A stretch of DNA of 64,000 bases from Mobula hypostoma (GCF_963921235.1 NC_086118.1:29700001-29764000), one strand, 5' to 3'; positions 40,129-54,374 are shown, counted from the first letter of the stretch. Notes: generated by a model not told the origin, from the letters alone. A program made the numbers and translations.

Positions 40129-42934
40129 GTAAAGCCACATTTACATTAAATGTAAAAGTAGATTAATCTATTGAGATGTGATATTCAATATAAGGTGAGT
40201 ACCATCAAATTGTTTTAGTATTTGACATTGACCTTTTACATCCAATTGGAAGTCCCCTTATGATTGTTTATTCCTGTCTCATATGTCATAGTTTCATACA
40301 TTGATCTGTATCGAGTTGCAATGCTATTTTATGTTTCCACTCTACTACAATGTGAAAGTGATTGAATTACCTGCTAACTAATTACTTTAAGGATTGGTAG
40401 AAATACCTAACCCCAAGTGTTTTATTGCAGAATACTGATCAAGTGAAAATAATTTCAGTACTGCTATTAGACTAACCCATAAATCATTTGATATCAAAGC
40501 ATGGATAATATTCATTTGGTTCTGACCATAATAAATTGATCTTTTGAATTGGTGTTGTCCAGAAACTTTTTCTTCAGATTTTTTTTTAACAACACAAACT
40601 ATCAATGAAAACTTTCTCAAATTTCAAATTTAAGATAGCATTATCTCCTATTTTTGCACTAACTTTAAAGATGCTAGGTGGTAGGTCTCTATCGATATTG
40701 ATGCAAAACAATATGATATCATAAGGAATTACTTGTAGTTTGGACGGATCTTTTTCATTGTAGTGCTAGAAAAATCAAGATGACTTTCATTTTATCTGTA
40801 CTTAGGTCACTTGCTTTGGACTTTTCCAATTCTGGCAAATTTTGCCATGACATGAGATATGTACATTATTTTGTTTTACATTCATAGTTTGTACCCTCAT
40901 TGACTGAAAATATACAAAACAATGACACCTTAACATTAGTTAGTGTCATAGAGCACTACAACACAGAACCAGGCCTTTCAGCCCATCTAGTTCATGTCAA
41001 ACTGTTATTCTGCCTAGTCCCATTGGCCTGTAACTGTCCTATCGCCCTTCTTACCTTTCCTGCTCATGTTCTTATCCAGACTTCTCTTAAATGCTGAAAT
41101 CAATCTCGCATCCATCATGTTCTCTAGCAGTTTGTTCCACATTTGCACCACCCTTTGAGTGAAGAAGCTCCCTCTCCATTTCCCCATAAATATTTCACCT
41201 TTCACCCCTAACCTATGACCTCTACTTCTAGTTTCACCCAAAATCAGGGGCAAAAAGCCTGCTGGCATTAACCCTATCTAAAGCCCCTCATAATTTTGTA
41301 TACTTCTATCAAATATCCCCTCATTCTTCTATCTTCCACCTCCTATTCTATTCATCCTTTTCCTTTAACTCAGCTCCTCATGTCTTGTTTAATTTCAATA
41401 TAACATCCAAACTTCTGTACTGAATACTTTGAGTTATGAAGAGAAATATGCTAAAAGCTCTCTTTATAACCTATGTACCTGTGTCATCACTTTCAAGGAT
41501 TATGTATCTATACTACCAGATCCCTCTGTTCTACTGCACTTCTCAGTGCCCAATCATTCACTTTGTAAGTCCTATCCTAATTTGTCTTCCCAAAGTGCAA
41601 CCCTCACACATCTGTATTAAATTCCATCTTCCCACCTTCTTCCTCACCTGGTTTTACCTATCACTTGCCATCTTGTACTTCTTCCCTTCCCCCATCCTTA
41701 TTTGTCTCAAGACAGCAAATGCTCCTTTACTACAGTCTGGACATGATTAATGACCTCATTATTCTTTTGCCTCAGTTCTGTAGACTCTGTGTGCATCTCC
41801 CCCAAGTAAATACAAACAGTATGCAAAAACTCTCATTTGAGGTCTCTCCATCTCTTTTGACTTCATGCATAAATGACCACGCTGATCTTCAAGAGGACCA
41901 ATTTTGTACCTTGCTATCCTTTTGTTCTTAATATATCTGTAGAAGGCCTTAGGATTCTTCTTCATCTTGTCTGCTAGAGCAACCTCATGCCTTCTTTTCG
42001 TCCTTTTGATTTTCCGCTTAAGTGTTCCCACTTATATTCCTCAAGTGCCTCATTAGTTCCTTGCTGCCTATACCTGCTATACATCTCCTTCTTCTTAACC
42101 AGGCTTCAGTATCCCACGAAGCCTTTTATTCTGACAGGAACATACAACTCAGTACTCTTAAAATTTCACTTTTGAAGGCCACCCACTTACCAAGCATTCC
42201 TTTGCTAGAGACAACCTATTCCGATCTATACTTGTCAGACCCTTCTGATACCATCAAAATTTGCTTTTCTCCAATTTAGAATCTCAGCCTGAGGACCAGT
42301 CCTGTCCTTCTCCATAATTATCTTGAAACTAATGGAATTACGATCACCAGGTCCAAAGTGTTCCCCTACACACACTTTTGTCACCTGTCCTCTTTCATTC
42401 CTTAATAGGAGAACTTGTATTACACTCTCTCTAATTGGGACCTCTACATATTGATTAAGGAATCCTTCCTGAACATATTTGTCAACCTCTATCCCATCTA
42501 GATCTTTTATGGTATGGGAGACCCAGGAAGTATTTGGAAAGTTAAAATCATACAATCAAAGCCTTATTTTTCTTGCAACTGCCTTTATCTCTCCACTAAT
42601 TTGCTCCTTTAAATCCCACTGACTATTTGGTGGTCTATAATATAATTCCATTAATGTGGTCATCCCTTTCTTATTCCTCGGTTCCACTCATATAGCCTCA
42701 GTAGATGAGCCCTCCAGTCTGCATTGTCTAAGCACTATCATGACATTTTCCCTGACTAGTAACGCCCCCTCCCCATTTAATACTTACTCCACCATCATGT
42801 CTAAAACAACAGAACCCCAGAATACTAAGCTGTCAGTTTTGCCCCTCCTGCAACAAAGTCTCACTAATGGCTATAATAGGAGGTTTGTACTCTGCCGAGG
42901 GCTAGATCAGTGGCATTTAAGTCTGGTGATCCAG

Positions 42935-45790
42935 CTCTTATTATTGCCTTCTAATGCCCGTACAGTCTCGCAATCAGTCGAATTGATTTCAACTGATTGT
43001 GAGTCTGTACTGGCATCAGAAAGCAGTAATAAGAACTAGTGGTGGGAATTCACCAGAAGTTGAGATCCAAAAGGGGTTCACTAGGGCTGCATTATCTCCC
43101 CTTTATTATTTAACATTTACTCAGAGGTAATCTTCAGGGTGTTGAATGATGAAGCTGGTTTCCAAATTCTGGAGTGATGGTGAACAACCTGAGGTATACA
43201 GATGATTCAGTGTTGTTAGCCAAGACTGAGGATGAGTTACTCAGAATAGTAGGTAAGATAAGTGCTGAAGGAGAACGATTTGGAATGAAAATAAATGCTG
43301 CAAAGAGGACGATGATGGTAGCATCACAGAAAAAAGAAGTCCCCAAAATCAGTATCAAAATTAACGGCATAGGCATACAGCAAGTCAAGAAGTTTGTGTA
43401 CTTGGGACAGATGGTCACAGAGGATGGGAAATGTGATACAGAAATTAGATGAAAAATTGAGATTGCAAGATCAACGTTCTGCAGCCTGAGTGACGTGCTG
43501 TGTGGCAAGAGGTTGGACTTTGGGCTGCGTTGTAGAATTTGGAAATGCTACGTCTGGAGCAGTCTGTAGTATGGAGTCGAATCATGGACCTTACGCAAGG
43601 AAGCGCAACGACGACTGGAGGCATTTGAAATGTGGTGTTTAAGGAGAATGCAGAAAATTAGATGGGTGTTGAAGGTCAGTAATATGGAAGTGTTGAAGAG
43701 AGTGAGGAGAGAAAAGGAGTTACTGAAGAATGTGCAGAAAAGGAAGCTGGAATATACCGGGCACTTGTTAAGAGGTGGTGGACTGCAGAAATTGTTATTG
43801 GAAGGAATGATAGAAGGGTTCTGGCAAACTAGTAATAGAGGAGCAGAAGGCAGTGTGGACAGGGCCAGTGAACTTAACCTGTTCTTTAACAAATTTGACA
43901 GTGTGGCCCCTGCCCATCCCACACATGAGCCATCTGTTGTCAGCCCCCAACCAACACATATTCCCCTCTCCCCTCCTACCCCTCCTCACAGTCACCCACC
44001 CTGCTGTCATGACTATACCCCTTCCCCACACGAAACCACCATGGTGGGCTTCACAGCTCTACAGGTGAGAAGACAGCTGAAACGTCTCAACCCAAGCAAG
44101 GCTGCAGGACCGGATGGTGTCAGTACCAGGGTGCTCAAAGCCTGTGCCCCTCAGCTATGTGGAGTACTTCGCCATGTACTCAACCTGAGCCTGAGACTCC
44201 AGAGAGTTCCTGTGCTGTGGAAGACGTCCTGCCTCGTCCCTGTGCCGAAGATGCCGTGCCCCAGCAGCCTCAATGACTACAGACCGGTGACGTTGACCTC
44301 CCACATCATGAAGACCCTGGAGAGACTTGTTCTGGAGTTGCTCCGGCCTATGGTCAGGCCACACTTAGATCCCCTCCAGTTTGCCTACCCGCCCCGACTA
44401 GGAGTTGAGGATGCTATCGTCTTCCTGCTGAACCGTGTCTACACCCACCTGGACAAGCCAGCGAGCACTGTGAGGGTCATGTTTTTTTGACTTCTCCAGT
44501 GCATTCGACACCATCCGCCCTGCTCTGCTGGGGGAGAAGCTGACAGCGATGCAGGTGGATGCTTCCCTGGTATTATGGATTCTTGATTACCTGACTGGCA
44601 GACCACAGTACGTGTGCTTGCAACACTGTGTGTCCGACAGAATGATCAGCAGCACTGGGGCTCCACAGGGGACTGTCTTGTCTCCCTTTCTCTTCACCAT
44701 TTACACCTTGGACTTCAACTACTGCACAGAGTCTTGTCATCTTCAGAAGTTTTCGAATGACTCTGCCATAGTTGGATGCATCAGCAAGGGAGATGAGGCT
44801 GAGTACAGGGCTACGGTAGGAAACTTTGTCACACGGTGTGAGCAGAATTATCTGCAGCTTAATGTGAAAAAGACTAAGGAGCTGGTGGGAGACCTGAGGA
44901 GAGCTAAGGTACCAGTGACCCCTGTTTCCATCCAGGGGGTCAGTGTGGACATGGTGGAGGATTACAAATACCTGGGGATACAAATTGACAATATACTGGA
45001 CTGGTCAAAGAACACTGAGGCTGTCTACAAGAAGGGTCAGAGCGGTCTCTATTTCCTGAGGAGACTGAGGTCCTTTAACATCTGCCGGACAATGCTGAGG
45101 ATGTTCTACGAGTCTGTGGTGGCCAGTGCTATCATGTTTGCTGTTGTGTGCTGGGGCAGCAGGCTGAGGGTTGCAGACACCAATAGAATCAACAAGATCA
45201 TTCGTAAGGCCAGTGATGTTGTGGGGATGGAACTGGACTCTCTCACGGTGGTGTCTGAAAAGAGGATGCTGTCTAAGTTGCATGCCATCTTGGTCAATGT
45301 CTCCCATCCACTACATAGTGTACTGGGTGGGCACAGGAATACATTCAGCCAGAGACTCATTCCACCGAGATGCAGCACTGAGTGTCATAGGAAGTCATTC
45401 CTGCCTGTGGCCATCAAACTTTACAACTCCTCCCTTGGAGGGTCAGACATCCTGAGCCAATAGGCTGGTCCTGGACTTATTTCATAATTTACTGGCATAA
45501 TTTACATATTACTGTTTAACTATTTATGGTTCTATTACTATTTATTATTGTAACTGTAACGAAAACCAATTTCCCCCGGGATTAATAAAGTATTACTATG
45601 ACTATGACTATGACTATGACTATGAAAGAGGGAAAGAGGACGGCAGTGAACCACTTGGTACGATAATGTGAGGCAGTGGACTGGGTTGATTTATGCTGAG
45701 GCCAGAAAAAGAGTGCAAGGTCGAAGAAGATGGAGATGCATAGCCACCAACCCTGGATTTGGGACGGCACTCACTGACTGACTGACTGAC
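42935..45790 (+). mobile_element. RTE-clade LINE, 5'-truncated, with 8-bp TSD tgatccag; split by Rex 'B'
   Basis: NNLRYTDD, FVYLGQ, YGVESWT, LEAFEMWCLRRM and EGMIEG, resuming at about 45624 as RGRQ*TTWYDNV; (actg)n tail; TSD at 42927-42934 and 45791-45798. Confidence 0.9.
43818..45623 (+). mobile_element. Rex1/Babar LINE 'B', young and 5'-truncated; RT nearly intact (one frameshift in the T-run near 44482)
   Basis: KAAGPDGV, NDYRPVTLTS, DPLQFAY, GAPQGTVLSPFLF, KFSND and YKYLG; (actatg)n tail. Confidence 0.95.
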
Positions 45791-48700
45791 TGATCCAGGT
45801 CTGTATAAGATAAATAGCTGTGATTTGTGGAGGGCTATTTCAAGAGCCAAGAAACAACTCTGGGAGAGGTTGGAGGTGACATTAGATGCACGTCAGCTCT
45901 GGTAGGTTTTTCAGGCCATTACTTCCTACAAATTTAAACTCAACCTCATGAATGACAGTGATGTGCCACTATCCGACGAGCTCAACGCCTTTTATGCTCA
46001 CTTTGAAAGGGAGGATAAAACCACAGCTATGAGGATCCCTGCAGCAACCGATGACCTTGTAGTCTCTGTCTTGGAGGCCAGTGTCAGGCTGTCTTACAAG
46101 AGGGTGAACCCTCACAAGGCAGCAGAGCCCGATGGAGTACCTGGTAAGGCTCTGAAAACCTGTGCCAACTAAGCTGGCAGGTGTATTCGAAGATATCTTC
46201 AGTCTCTCGCTGCTACAGTCGGAAGTTTCCACCTGCTTCAAAAGGGCAACAATTATACCAGTGCCCAAGAAGGACAGCGTGAGCTGCTGCAACGACTATC
46301 ATCCGGTAGCAGTCACATCTATGGTGATGAAATGCTGTGAGAGGTTGGTCATGGATAGAATCAACACCTGTCTCAGGAAGGACCTGGACCTATCACCAGA
46401 GCAGATGCCATCTCAATGGTACTCCAGGCAGCCTTGGATCACCTGGACAACACAAATACCTATGTCAGGATTCTGTTTATTGACTATAACTCAGCATTTA
46501 ACACCATCATTCCTACAGTCCAAATCGAAAAGCTACAGAACCTAGACCTCTGTACTTCCCTCTGCAACTGGATCCTCGACTTCCTAACTGAAAGACCACT
46601 ATCTGTGCAGATTGGAAATTACATCTCTATCTTGCTGACTGTTAACGTTAGTGCTGCACAGGAGTGTGTGCTCAGCCCACTGCTCTACTCTCTCTACACT
46701 CATGACTATGTGGCGAGGCATAGCTCAAACAGTATCCATAAATTTGCTGATGATACAACCATTGTTGTCAGAATTTCAGACGGTAATGAAAGGTCATACG
46801 GGAGTGAGATAAACCAATTAGCTGAGAGATGTCGCAGCAACAACCTTGCACTCAATGTCAGCAAGACTGAAAAGCTGATTGTGGACTTCAGGAAGGATAA
46901 GACGAGGGAACACAAACCTATCCTCATAGGGAGATCAGAAGTGGAGAGAGCGAGCAATTTCATGTTCCTGGATGTTAATATCTCTGAGGACCTAACCTGG
47001 GACGCAACATGTTGATGCTGCTATAAAGAAGGCAAGGCAGCAGCTATATTTCATTAGGAGTTTGAGAATATTTGGTTTATAAACTAAAACACTCAAAAAC
47101 ATCCACAAATGTACCACAGAGAACATTTTGACTGGCTGCATCACTGTCTGGCTACTGCACAAGATTGAAATAAGTTGCAGAAAGTTGTAAAATTAATCAG
47201 CTCTATCATGGTACCAGCCTCCGTAGTATCCAATACATCTTCAAGGAGCGGTGCCTTAAGAAGGCGGCGTCCATCATTAAGGAAGGAGGTACAGAAACCT
47301 GAAGGCACACACTCAGCAATTCAGGAACAGCGTCCCTCTGTCAGCTAATTTCTAAATGGACAATGAACCCATGAACACTACCTCACTTTTTTTATATCTA
47401 CTATTTTGCACTAATTATTTTAACGTAACAATTTAATTGACATTCATATGTATATATACTTAATGTAAGTTTTTTCTCTATTTTTATTTATCATGTATTT
47501 CATTGTACTGATGCTGTAAAGTTAACAAATTTCACAACATATGCTGGTGTTATTAAGTCTGATACTGATTCTGAATATCACAATTCCATATATTGGACCA
47601 TGCTCTAATTTCATCCGTCTTGTCTGTAGTGCTCCTTACATTGAAATAGACTCTAGTCATAACATTCTTCTTACCAAAGTTCCTGTCTTTGCATGTAGAT
47701 TTAACATCACCTTTCCCCATAAGCGCTTCCTTATCTACCCTGGCACTCTGGTTCCCATCCCTCTGCAACTCCAGTTTAAAATACAAGATTGCACTTACCT
47801 TTTATTAAGCTGCATTGAAATAGACACAACTCAGAACACTCGCTCACCATACTCAACTTTTTGGTTTCTGTTTTTGTATGTAGATCTAACGTCATCTTTT
47901 CCCACAACTACCTGCTATCACACTCTGGTTCCAACCCTCTGCAACTCTAATTCAAAATACAAATCTCATCAAGAAATTATTTTGAATACTCAACACTCAA
48001 CTAACCTAAGGATTCAAATAATAGTTGCAATCAATTTGAACTTTGATTTCACTGTTATAAACATAATTTCTTATAATTTTGTATTACCAGCATCATAGAA
48101 AAGTAAGCAATTCTAAAATTGGATAAGGGCCAACTATAGCTGTGTTATTTTCCTGACAACTAGAAGGAAATATACCAATCTGTATCATTATTGTCTTGTA
48201 TTTCTGATAAACATACCTCTTAAGTTCCATTGCTTTTATTCTTTTTCTGCATACGTTTTCTGTTCCATTATATTTGCCTGTCAATCATAAAAATATAGCT
48301 ATTAATTGCACATCTTTTATTATGTTCTTGCAAAAAACCAAAAGTAGCTGGAAATTAGATTATGTAGTGCCATGTCTTTCAGTGCTATTTCATTCGATTC
48401 AGTAAAAAAAATGTAAATGATAGTGAAAATTAGTGACTTATAGCGTTGATTGCAAGGACAGCAAATTTTCATTTCTGATTTGTCCATGCATCTGCTGTCT
48501 CGTGCACAGAGGGTTCCAGCTATGCATAGCTGTGCTTATCAATTTGCACTTCTATCCTGGAGATGAATTATGGGATTTTTATTCACATCGGAACACAGCC
48601 TGTTTGTGCAAAAGCAGACCCCTGCAGTTCCTTTTCAATTTAAAGGGAATCTTCTTGAGCAAGTCCCAGCCACATGGTACCCATCTTAAGTAGGGCTCTT

Positions 48701-48799
48701 TAACATTAACTTAGTAGTTCTTTTTATATATCCATTTATTCTCCCATCTCACTAGCTCACTACCTTTGCCTGACCTTGCCTAATCTTTCCGGCAACAAT

Positions 48800-49140
48800 T
48801 GCCCTTCATGTTGGGGAAGTCCAGAACGAGGGGCCACAGTTTGAGGATAGAGGGGAAGCCTTTTTAGGACCGAGATTAGAAAAAACTTCTTCACACAGAG
48901 AGTGGTGAATCTGTGGAATTCTCTGCCACAGGAAACAGTTGAGGCCAGTTCATTGGCTATATTTAAGAGGGAGTTAGATATGGCCCTTGTGGCTACGGGG
49001 GTCAGGGGGTATGGAGGGAAGACTGGGGTGGGGTTCTGAGTTGGAGGATCAGCAATGATCATAATAAATGGCGGTGCAGGCTCGAAGGGCCGAATGGCCT
49101 ACTCCTGCACCTATTTTCTATGTTTCTATGTTTCTATGTT
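48800..49140 (+). mobile_element. Young CR1 3' end
   Basis: ttcttcacacagagagtggtgaatctgtggaattct..gggccgaatggcctactcctgc; (tttctatg)n tail. Confidence 0.88.
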
Positions 49141-49574
49141 CAATAGGTGTTTGTAGTTCTTCTCCTCATCAAACCTCATCCATGAATGGTGACTACAGGC
49201 CATCACATCTCCCAATCAATGACTGAAAACAACACTTGCCACAACTTTCCCTTCTGATCCTTGACATTCCCTACCACTCTTAAGGCTTTCTTCTTCACAA
49301 ATCATGTCCTTTCCTCTGAACTAGCCATGGCATGAGGCATAAATGATATCATTTACAACTCTGTAGTGACGCAATGAATGAATGAAAGGCCTTATAAAAC
49401 TGATTCAGTAACGTTCAAAATCTTGAATTCTATGCTAATGAATTTCTAAGCTAATGAATTTCTAAGTAGCATTACCATGACCAAGATAGTTGTTGGTCAG
49501 GCATGCTGTGAAGGTTTAAAAGATCTACACAAGTGTTGAGGTTTTAACAGATCAGAAATTAGAATACGGTAAAT

Positions 49575-50393
49575 CATCATCATCATCATCAGGTGCCGTG
49601 CCCATTTTGAGCTTTGACTGCCATGGCCCACACACTCCTGTTTCAGGTTAAGTGGATCAATTCATTGGTATTCATTTCCAGTTCTCTGGCTGCTGTCTCC
49701 ATCATCATTTGTCTTTGTCTTCCTCCTGCTTTCTTCCCTTCAATCTTTCCCATAATTACCGTGCATTCTAACTCCTCTTTCCGAATCACATGTCCAATGA
49801 AGTTACGTTGCCTTTTCATGATCTCATACATTATTTCTCTTTTTGTGTTTGCTCTGTTCATGACATCCTCGTTAGATATTCGTTTCGTCCATGATATTCT
49901 TTGCATCCTCCTCAAAAACTACATCTCTGCTGCTTCAATTCGTTTCCTCATGTTACTAGATATTGTCCAACATTCTGAGCCATATAATATAACTGGATAA
50001 ACGTAACATTTCAGTACTCTGAGGCAGGTTGTCATGCCTAGTTTAGTATTGGTCAGTATACTCTTCATTCTCGTAAAGGTGTCTTTTGCCATCCCTATTC
50101 TCCTTTTGATGTCCATGTCGCACCTGCCATCTGATGTCACCCAGCTTCCTAAGTAGCAAAAGTTCTGTACTTGTTTTATGTCTTCCCTGTTTATTCTCAG
50201 CCTGCAGATAGGATTCTCCTTCTTTTTGGATATCACCATACATTCTGTCTTTTTGCAATTGATACGATATTACAAAAAATAAGAAACACCTTGGGAATCA
50301 AAGTTGGTGGTGAAAACGTCAATAATTTCTGATATGCAGATAACACTGTGTTAATTGCAAGTACGGAGGACGAACTACAAAACTTAATTGATT
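49575..50393 (-). mobile_element. RTE LINE with 5' inversion
   Basis: Minus strand: NFCYLGSWVTSDGRC..YGSECWT..IEAAEM, with (tga)n tail. 50268-50393 on + reads LGIKVGGENVNNF*YADNTVLIA. Confidence 0.9.
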
Positions 50394-50714
50394 AATACAA
50401 TAAATACTTTAACCTTTTAAAATTGTACATAAATTGGTGACTCGAACATTGCTGATGGGTTTTTCTATGGTTCATTGGCATGATTCAAGAATATATTTTT
50501 CACCAGTGCTTTTCACGGAGACTCAGCTTAGTTATTTTAATGTGCATGGTGTATTTTTATTATAATTACTGACATGCTGAAAGCAATTACAATGAAGTGC
50601 ACCAAGCACTTTATATAATTATGACATGGCTCTTAGTTCAGTTCAGCAAGCATTTTAAAAGAATTTTTGATCTGGGGCATTTGTACAATAGTTAAGTTTT
50701 ATTGAGCAAAGGCA

Positions 50715-50885
50715 AACCCGGAAGAACATGATGAGCCAAGCAGCATCTGTGGAGTCATCATCCCGAAGCAGGGTCAAGACCTAAACTGCTAGCTATCCTT
50801 TTGCCTCCACAGATGCTGCTTGACCTGCTGAGTTCATCCAGCAGAGCTTGTTCTTTTGCTCCATATTTCAGCAGTCTCTTGTGTA
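50715..50885. repeat. Fold-back PLE terminal-repeat relic
   Basis: caagcagcatctgtggag pairs with ctccacagatgctgcttg around a degenerate hammerhead. Confidence 0.7.
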
Positions 50886-52401
50886 CAAATTGATTATATT
50901 TGATTCCATTCCTAGAATTCTTCCCAATCGTCCCAAATGTTTCCATCCTTCACATTCCTTGCCATTCCATGACCATTTGGATTAATGGTTTTGAGTGGCA
51001 AGATGTTTCTCAGAAGTCATGCATTCAGGCCACATTTCAGCAGAGGATTAAATTTTCTCTATCCAAGGAAAGCTATGTTAATTTTGTTTTTATTCAGAAA
51101 TATCTTGACCCTGGAAAATAAGGTGTTGGGAGGACTAAGTAATTGTGGGATGAGCAGTTGGAATGAGAGATACTGCTGTATTACCACCAACACGGTTCTC
51201 AACAAAATCCTCCAAATCCACTGGACAGATAAGTGAACTCACATGAACATCCTTTCCTGCCTACCATCTAAATTATACACAGTAGACTCTGATGATTGTA
51301 TGCCTAATGGCAGACTCCCTACTTTGAGTTCCAATATAAAAAGGGATTAACACGGTACAGGAAATGAACCAAAGATGTTCTCAGTGCCTCTGTAACAAGG
51401 GATGACATCCCCGCCAACTCCTAGCAATCCTCGATCTTTGACCAATCAAAACAGAGAATGACCATTTAGAAAGAGATTGTGAAACTAACTCATCAATTCA
51501 GTGAGCGTATACAGAATTCCAATGTAAACAGTGAAAAGAGCTTTTCCAAACTGCTAAATTGCATCCTGAATGGCAGATTCTCCTCCTCCAACAGAAAATA
51601 GCTACATCCCAGCAGTTGTGTTTCTTTTCTAAACTTTATTAATATAATTCTTGGATACCTCCTACTGCTTTCATGAATTCTCCTTTCTAGAGTGAAGTAA
51701 AAGTGAAGGATATCTGATTATTCTATAAAGACACAGCAGCACCAATAGTTAAACCATATTTTCAATACAAATTATTTAATTTTCTGCCTGTCAATTCAGT
51801 AATATATTAAGGATACAAGTTCATTAATTTCTTAATTTTTGTTTGGGACATGTTTATTCATGCCTCTGTATTTCTTATTCCTACTATTTCAACTTCTTGT
51901 AAACACCAATATTTTCTGATTTTCCTATACCTTTGTGTGGTCATGTCATTTCGGGCTTTTAATCTTTTTCTTTGACAGCCAATTTTTTCTGGATCTTCAT
52001 TTTTCCTTTCACAGTGCAGAAGTCACTGCAAATTTCATTATCTCCTCTTGACTAGGCTCTTTAATTGGATGACTGTTGTTTTTAATTAGCAATTTTAACC
52101 TGGTTGCAAATGAAAAAGATGTTATATTTCTGATTATGTACCTTGATTATAATTCACCATGCTGTATATACACTACCTCACAGAATGATCCGAAGTTTAT
52201 TGTCGCAGAAGGAACTATTTAGCCCATTGTGTTCATGCTGCTTTAAAACGACCCAGTCTGATCGCATCACCTACTTCTCAGCTCATGATTTTTCAGTCAC
52301 ATTTTAAACAAATTGAGGGTTTCTGTCCCTACCATTTTTCAGGTAGGGAATTCAGAACTTCCACTGCTCTCTGAATGAGGAAAACATTTCTCATCATCAC
52401 T

Positions 52402-54018
52402 GGGTGCAGTTACTATTACAAGAGAGAAGCTGCTCAAAAAGCTGAAAGACCTAAAAGTACGTAAGTCACGCGGACCAGAGGAACTTCACCTTGGGGTTCT
52501 GAAAGAGGTAGCGTTAGAGATTGTGTGGCATTAGAGATGATCTTTCAAAAATCATTGGATTCTGGCATGGTGCCAGAGGACTGGAAACTAGCAAATGTTA
52601 CTCCACTCTTTATAAAAGGAGGAAGGCAGCAGAAAGGAAATTATAGACCAGTTAGCCTGACCTCAGTGGTTGGGAAGATGTCAGAATCAATTGTTAAGGA
52701 TGAGGTGATGGAGTACTTGGTGACACAGGACAAGATAGTACAAAGTCAGCATGGTTTCCTTCAGGGAAAATCCTGCATGACAAACCTGTTGGAATTCTTT
52801 GAGGAGATTACAAGTCAGATAGATAAAGGGAATGCAGTGTATGTTGTATATTTGAACTTTCAGAAGTCCTTTGACAAGGTGGCACATATGAGACTGCTTA
52901 CCAAGTTAAGAGCCCATGGTATTACAGGAAAGTTACTAACATTGGCTGATTGATAGGCCGCAGCAAGTGGGAATAAAAGGATCCTTTTCTAGTTGGCTAC
53001 CAGTGACTAGTGGTGTTCCGCAGGGGTTGGTGTTGGGACCACTTCTTTTTATGCAGCATATAAATGATTTAGATGATGGAATAGATGGCTTTTTTGCCAA
53101 GTTTGCAGATGATATGAAGATTGATGGAGGGCAGGTAGTGTTGAGGAAACAGGTGGGATGAAGAAGGACTTAGACAGATTGGGAGAATGGGCAAGAAAGT
53201 GGCAAATGAAATATAATGTTGGAAAATGCATGGTCATGAACTTTGGTAGTAGAAATAAAAGTGCAGAATATTTTCTAAACAGGAAGATAATCCAAAATTC
53301 TGAGATGCAGAGGGACTTGGGAAGAACACCCTAAAGGTTAACTTGCAAGTTGAGTCGGTGGTGAGGAAGCATTCATTTCAAGAGGTTTAGAATACAAGAG
53401 CAAGGATGTGATGCTGAGGCTTTATAAGGCACTGGTGAGGCCTTTCCTTGAGTATTGTGAACAGTTTTGGACCCCTTATCTTAGAAAAGATGTGCTGGCA
53501 TTGAAGAGGGTCCAGAGGAGGTTCACAGGATGATACCAGGAATGAAAGGGTTATCATACGAGGAAAATTTGATGGCTTACGGTCTGTACTCACTGGAATT
53601 CAGAAGAATGAGGGGGGATCTCATTGAAACCTTTCGAATGTTGAAAGGCCTAGACAGAGTAGATGTGGAAAGGATGTTCCCCATGGTGGGATAGTCTAGG
53701 ACAAGAGGGCACAGCCTCAGGATAGAGGGGCACCCTTTCAAAACAGAGATGTGGAGAAATTTCTTTAGCTAAAAGGTCGTGAATTTGTGGAAACTGTTGC
53801 CACATGCAGCTGCGGAGGCCAGGTTGTTGTGTGTAATTAAGGCAGAGATTGATAGGTTCTTGATTGGACATGACACCAAAGGTTACGGGGAAAAGGCCAG
53901 GAACTGGGGTTGAGGAGGAGATTAAAAAAAAGGGATCAGCCATGATTGAATGGAGGAGCAGACTCGATGGGCCAGATTGCCTAATTCTGCTCCTACGTCT
54001 TATGGTCTTACGGTCTTA
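52402..54018 (+). mobile_element. CR1 LINE 3' half (same family as 16505-18695, opposite orientation)
   Basis: WKLANVTPLF..KGNYRPVSLTS..QHGF..SGVPQG..KFADD; tcttatggtcttacggtctta tail. Confidence 0.95.
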
Positions 54019-54374
54019 TAGTTCTTTCCCTGTTCATTTTAATTCTGTGTTCCATGGTTTTTGAACACTGCTCAAAAATATAGTTCTTCTCACTTACTCT
54101 GTTTTAGCTTTGCATAATTTATGCATTTTCTTACTGCATTGCAAATAAAAGAATAACAACTTATCTAACCTTTTTCCAAAATTAAAATTCTCCAGTCCTG
54201 ACATCATCCCATAAATCTTCTCTATATCCTTCAAATAGTGTCGAGCTAGCAACTCGGCCTCATTAAAAACCAGACAAAAATGCTAAAGAAATGGCAAGGT
54301 TTGCTGCCCGATACGCCACAATGCACAGAGAGGAACAACAACAGCTCTACACTTCAAATGTAGCTATGTCCAAC

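Larger units (their letters stand above)
42878..47574 (+). mobile_element. Rex/Babar LINE 'A', split by the RTE insertion at 42935-45790
   Basis: RARSVAFKSGDP (42878-42934) continues at 45799 as GLYKINSCDLWRAISRAKK..., with RT motifs [11 protein letters not shown] and KFADDTT; tail ctgatactgattctga. Confidence 0.88.
40940..47790 (-). mobile_element. CR1 LINE (decayed), split at 42877/47575 by nested insertions
   Basis: Minus-strand ORF2 N-terminus YFNVRS..DEIRAW..WNCDI (47575-47660) continues as IAISETLLQEG (below 42877), then DFNFP, FLNQYV and KKNPKAFYRYIK to the 3' tail near 40940. Confidence 0.85.

Noticed and set aside
43630..44490. 286-aa RTE-Rex fusion ORF
   Set aside because: Chance in-frame junction at a nested insertion; it ends at a frameshift.
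47695..47965. Imperfect ~90-bp direct duplication
   Set aside because: Lies in the CR1 ORF1/ORF2 junction relic; ordinary repeat decay.
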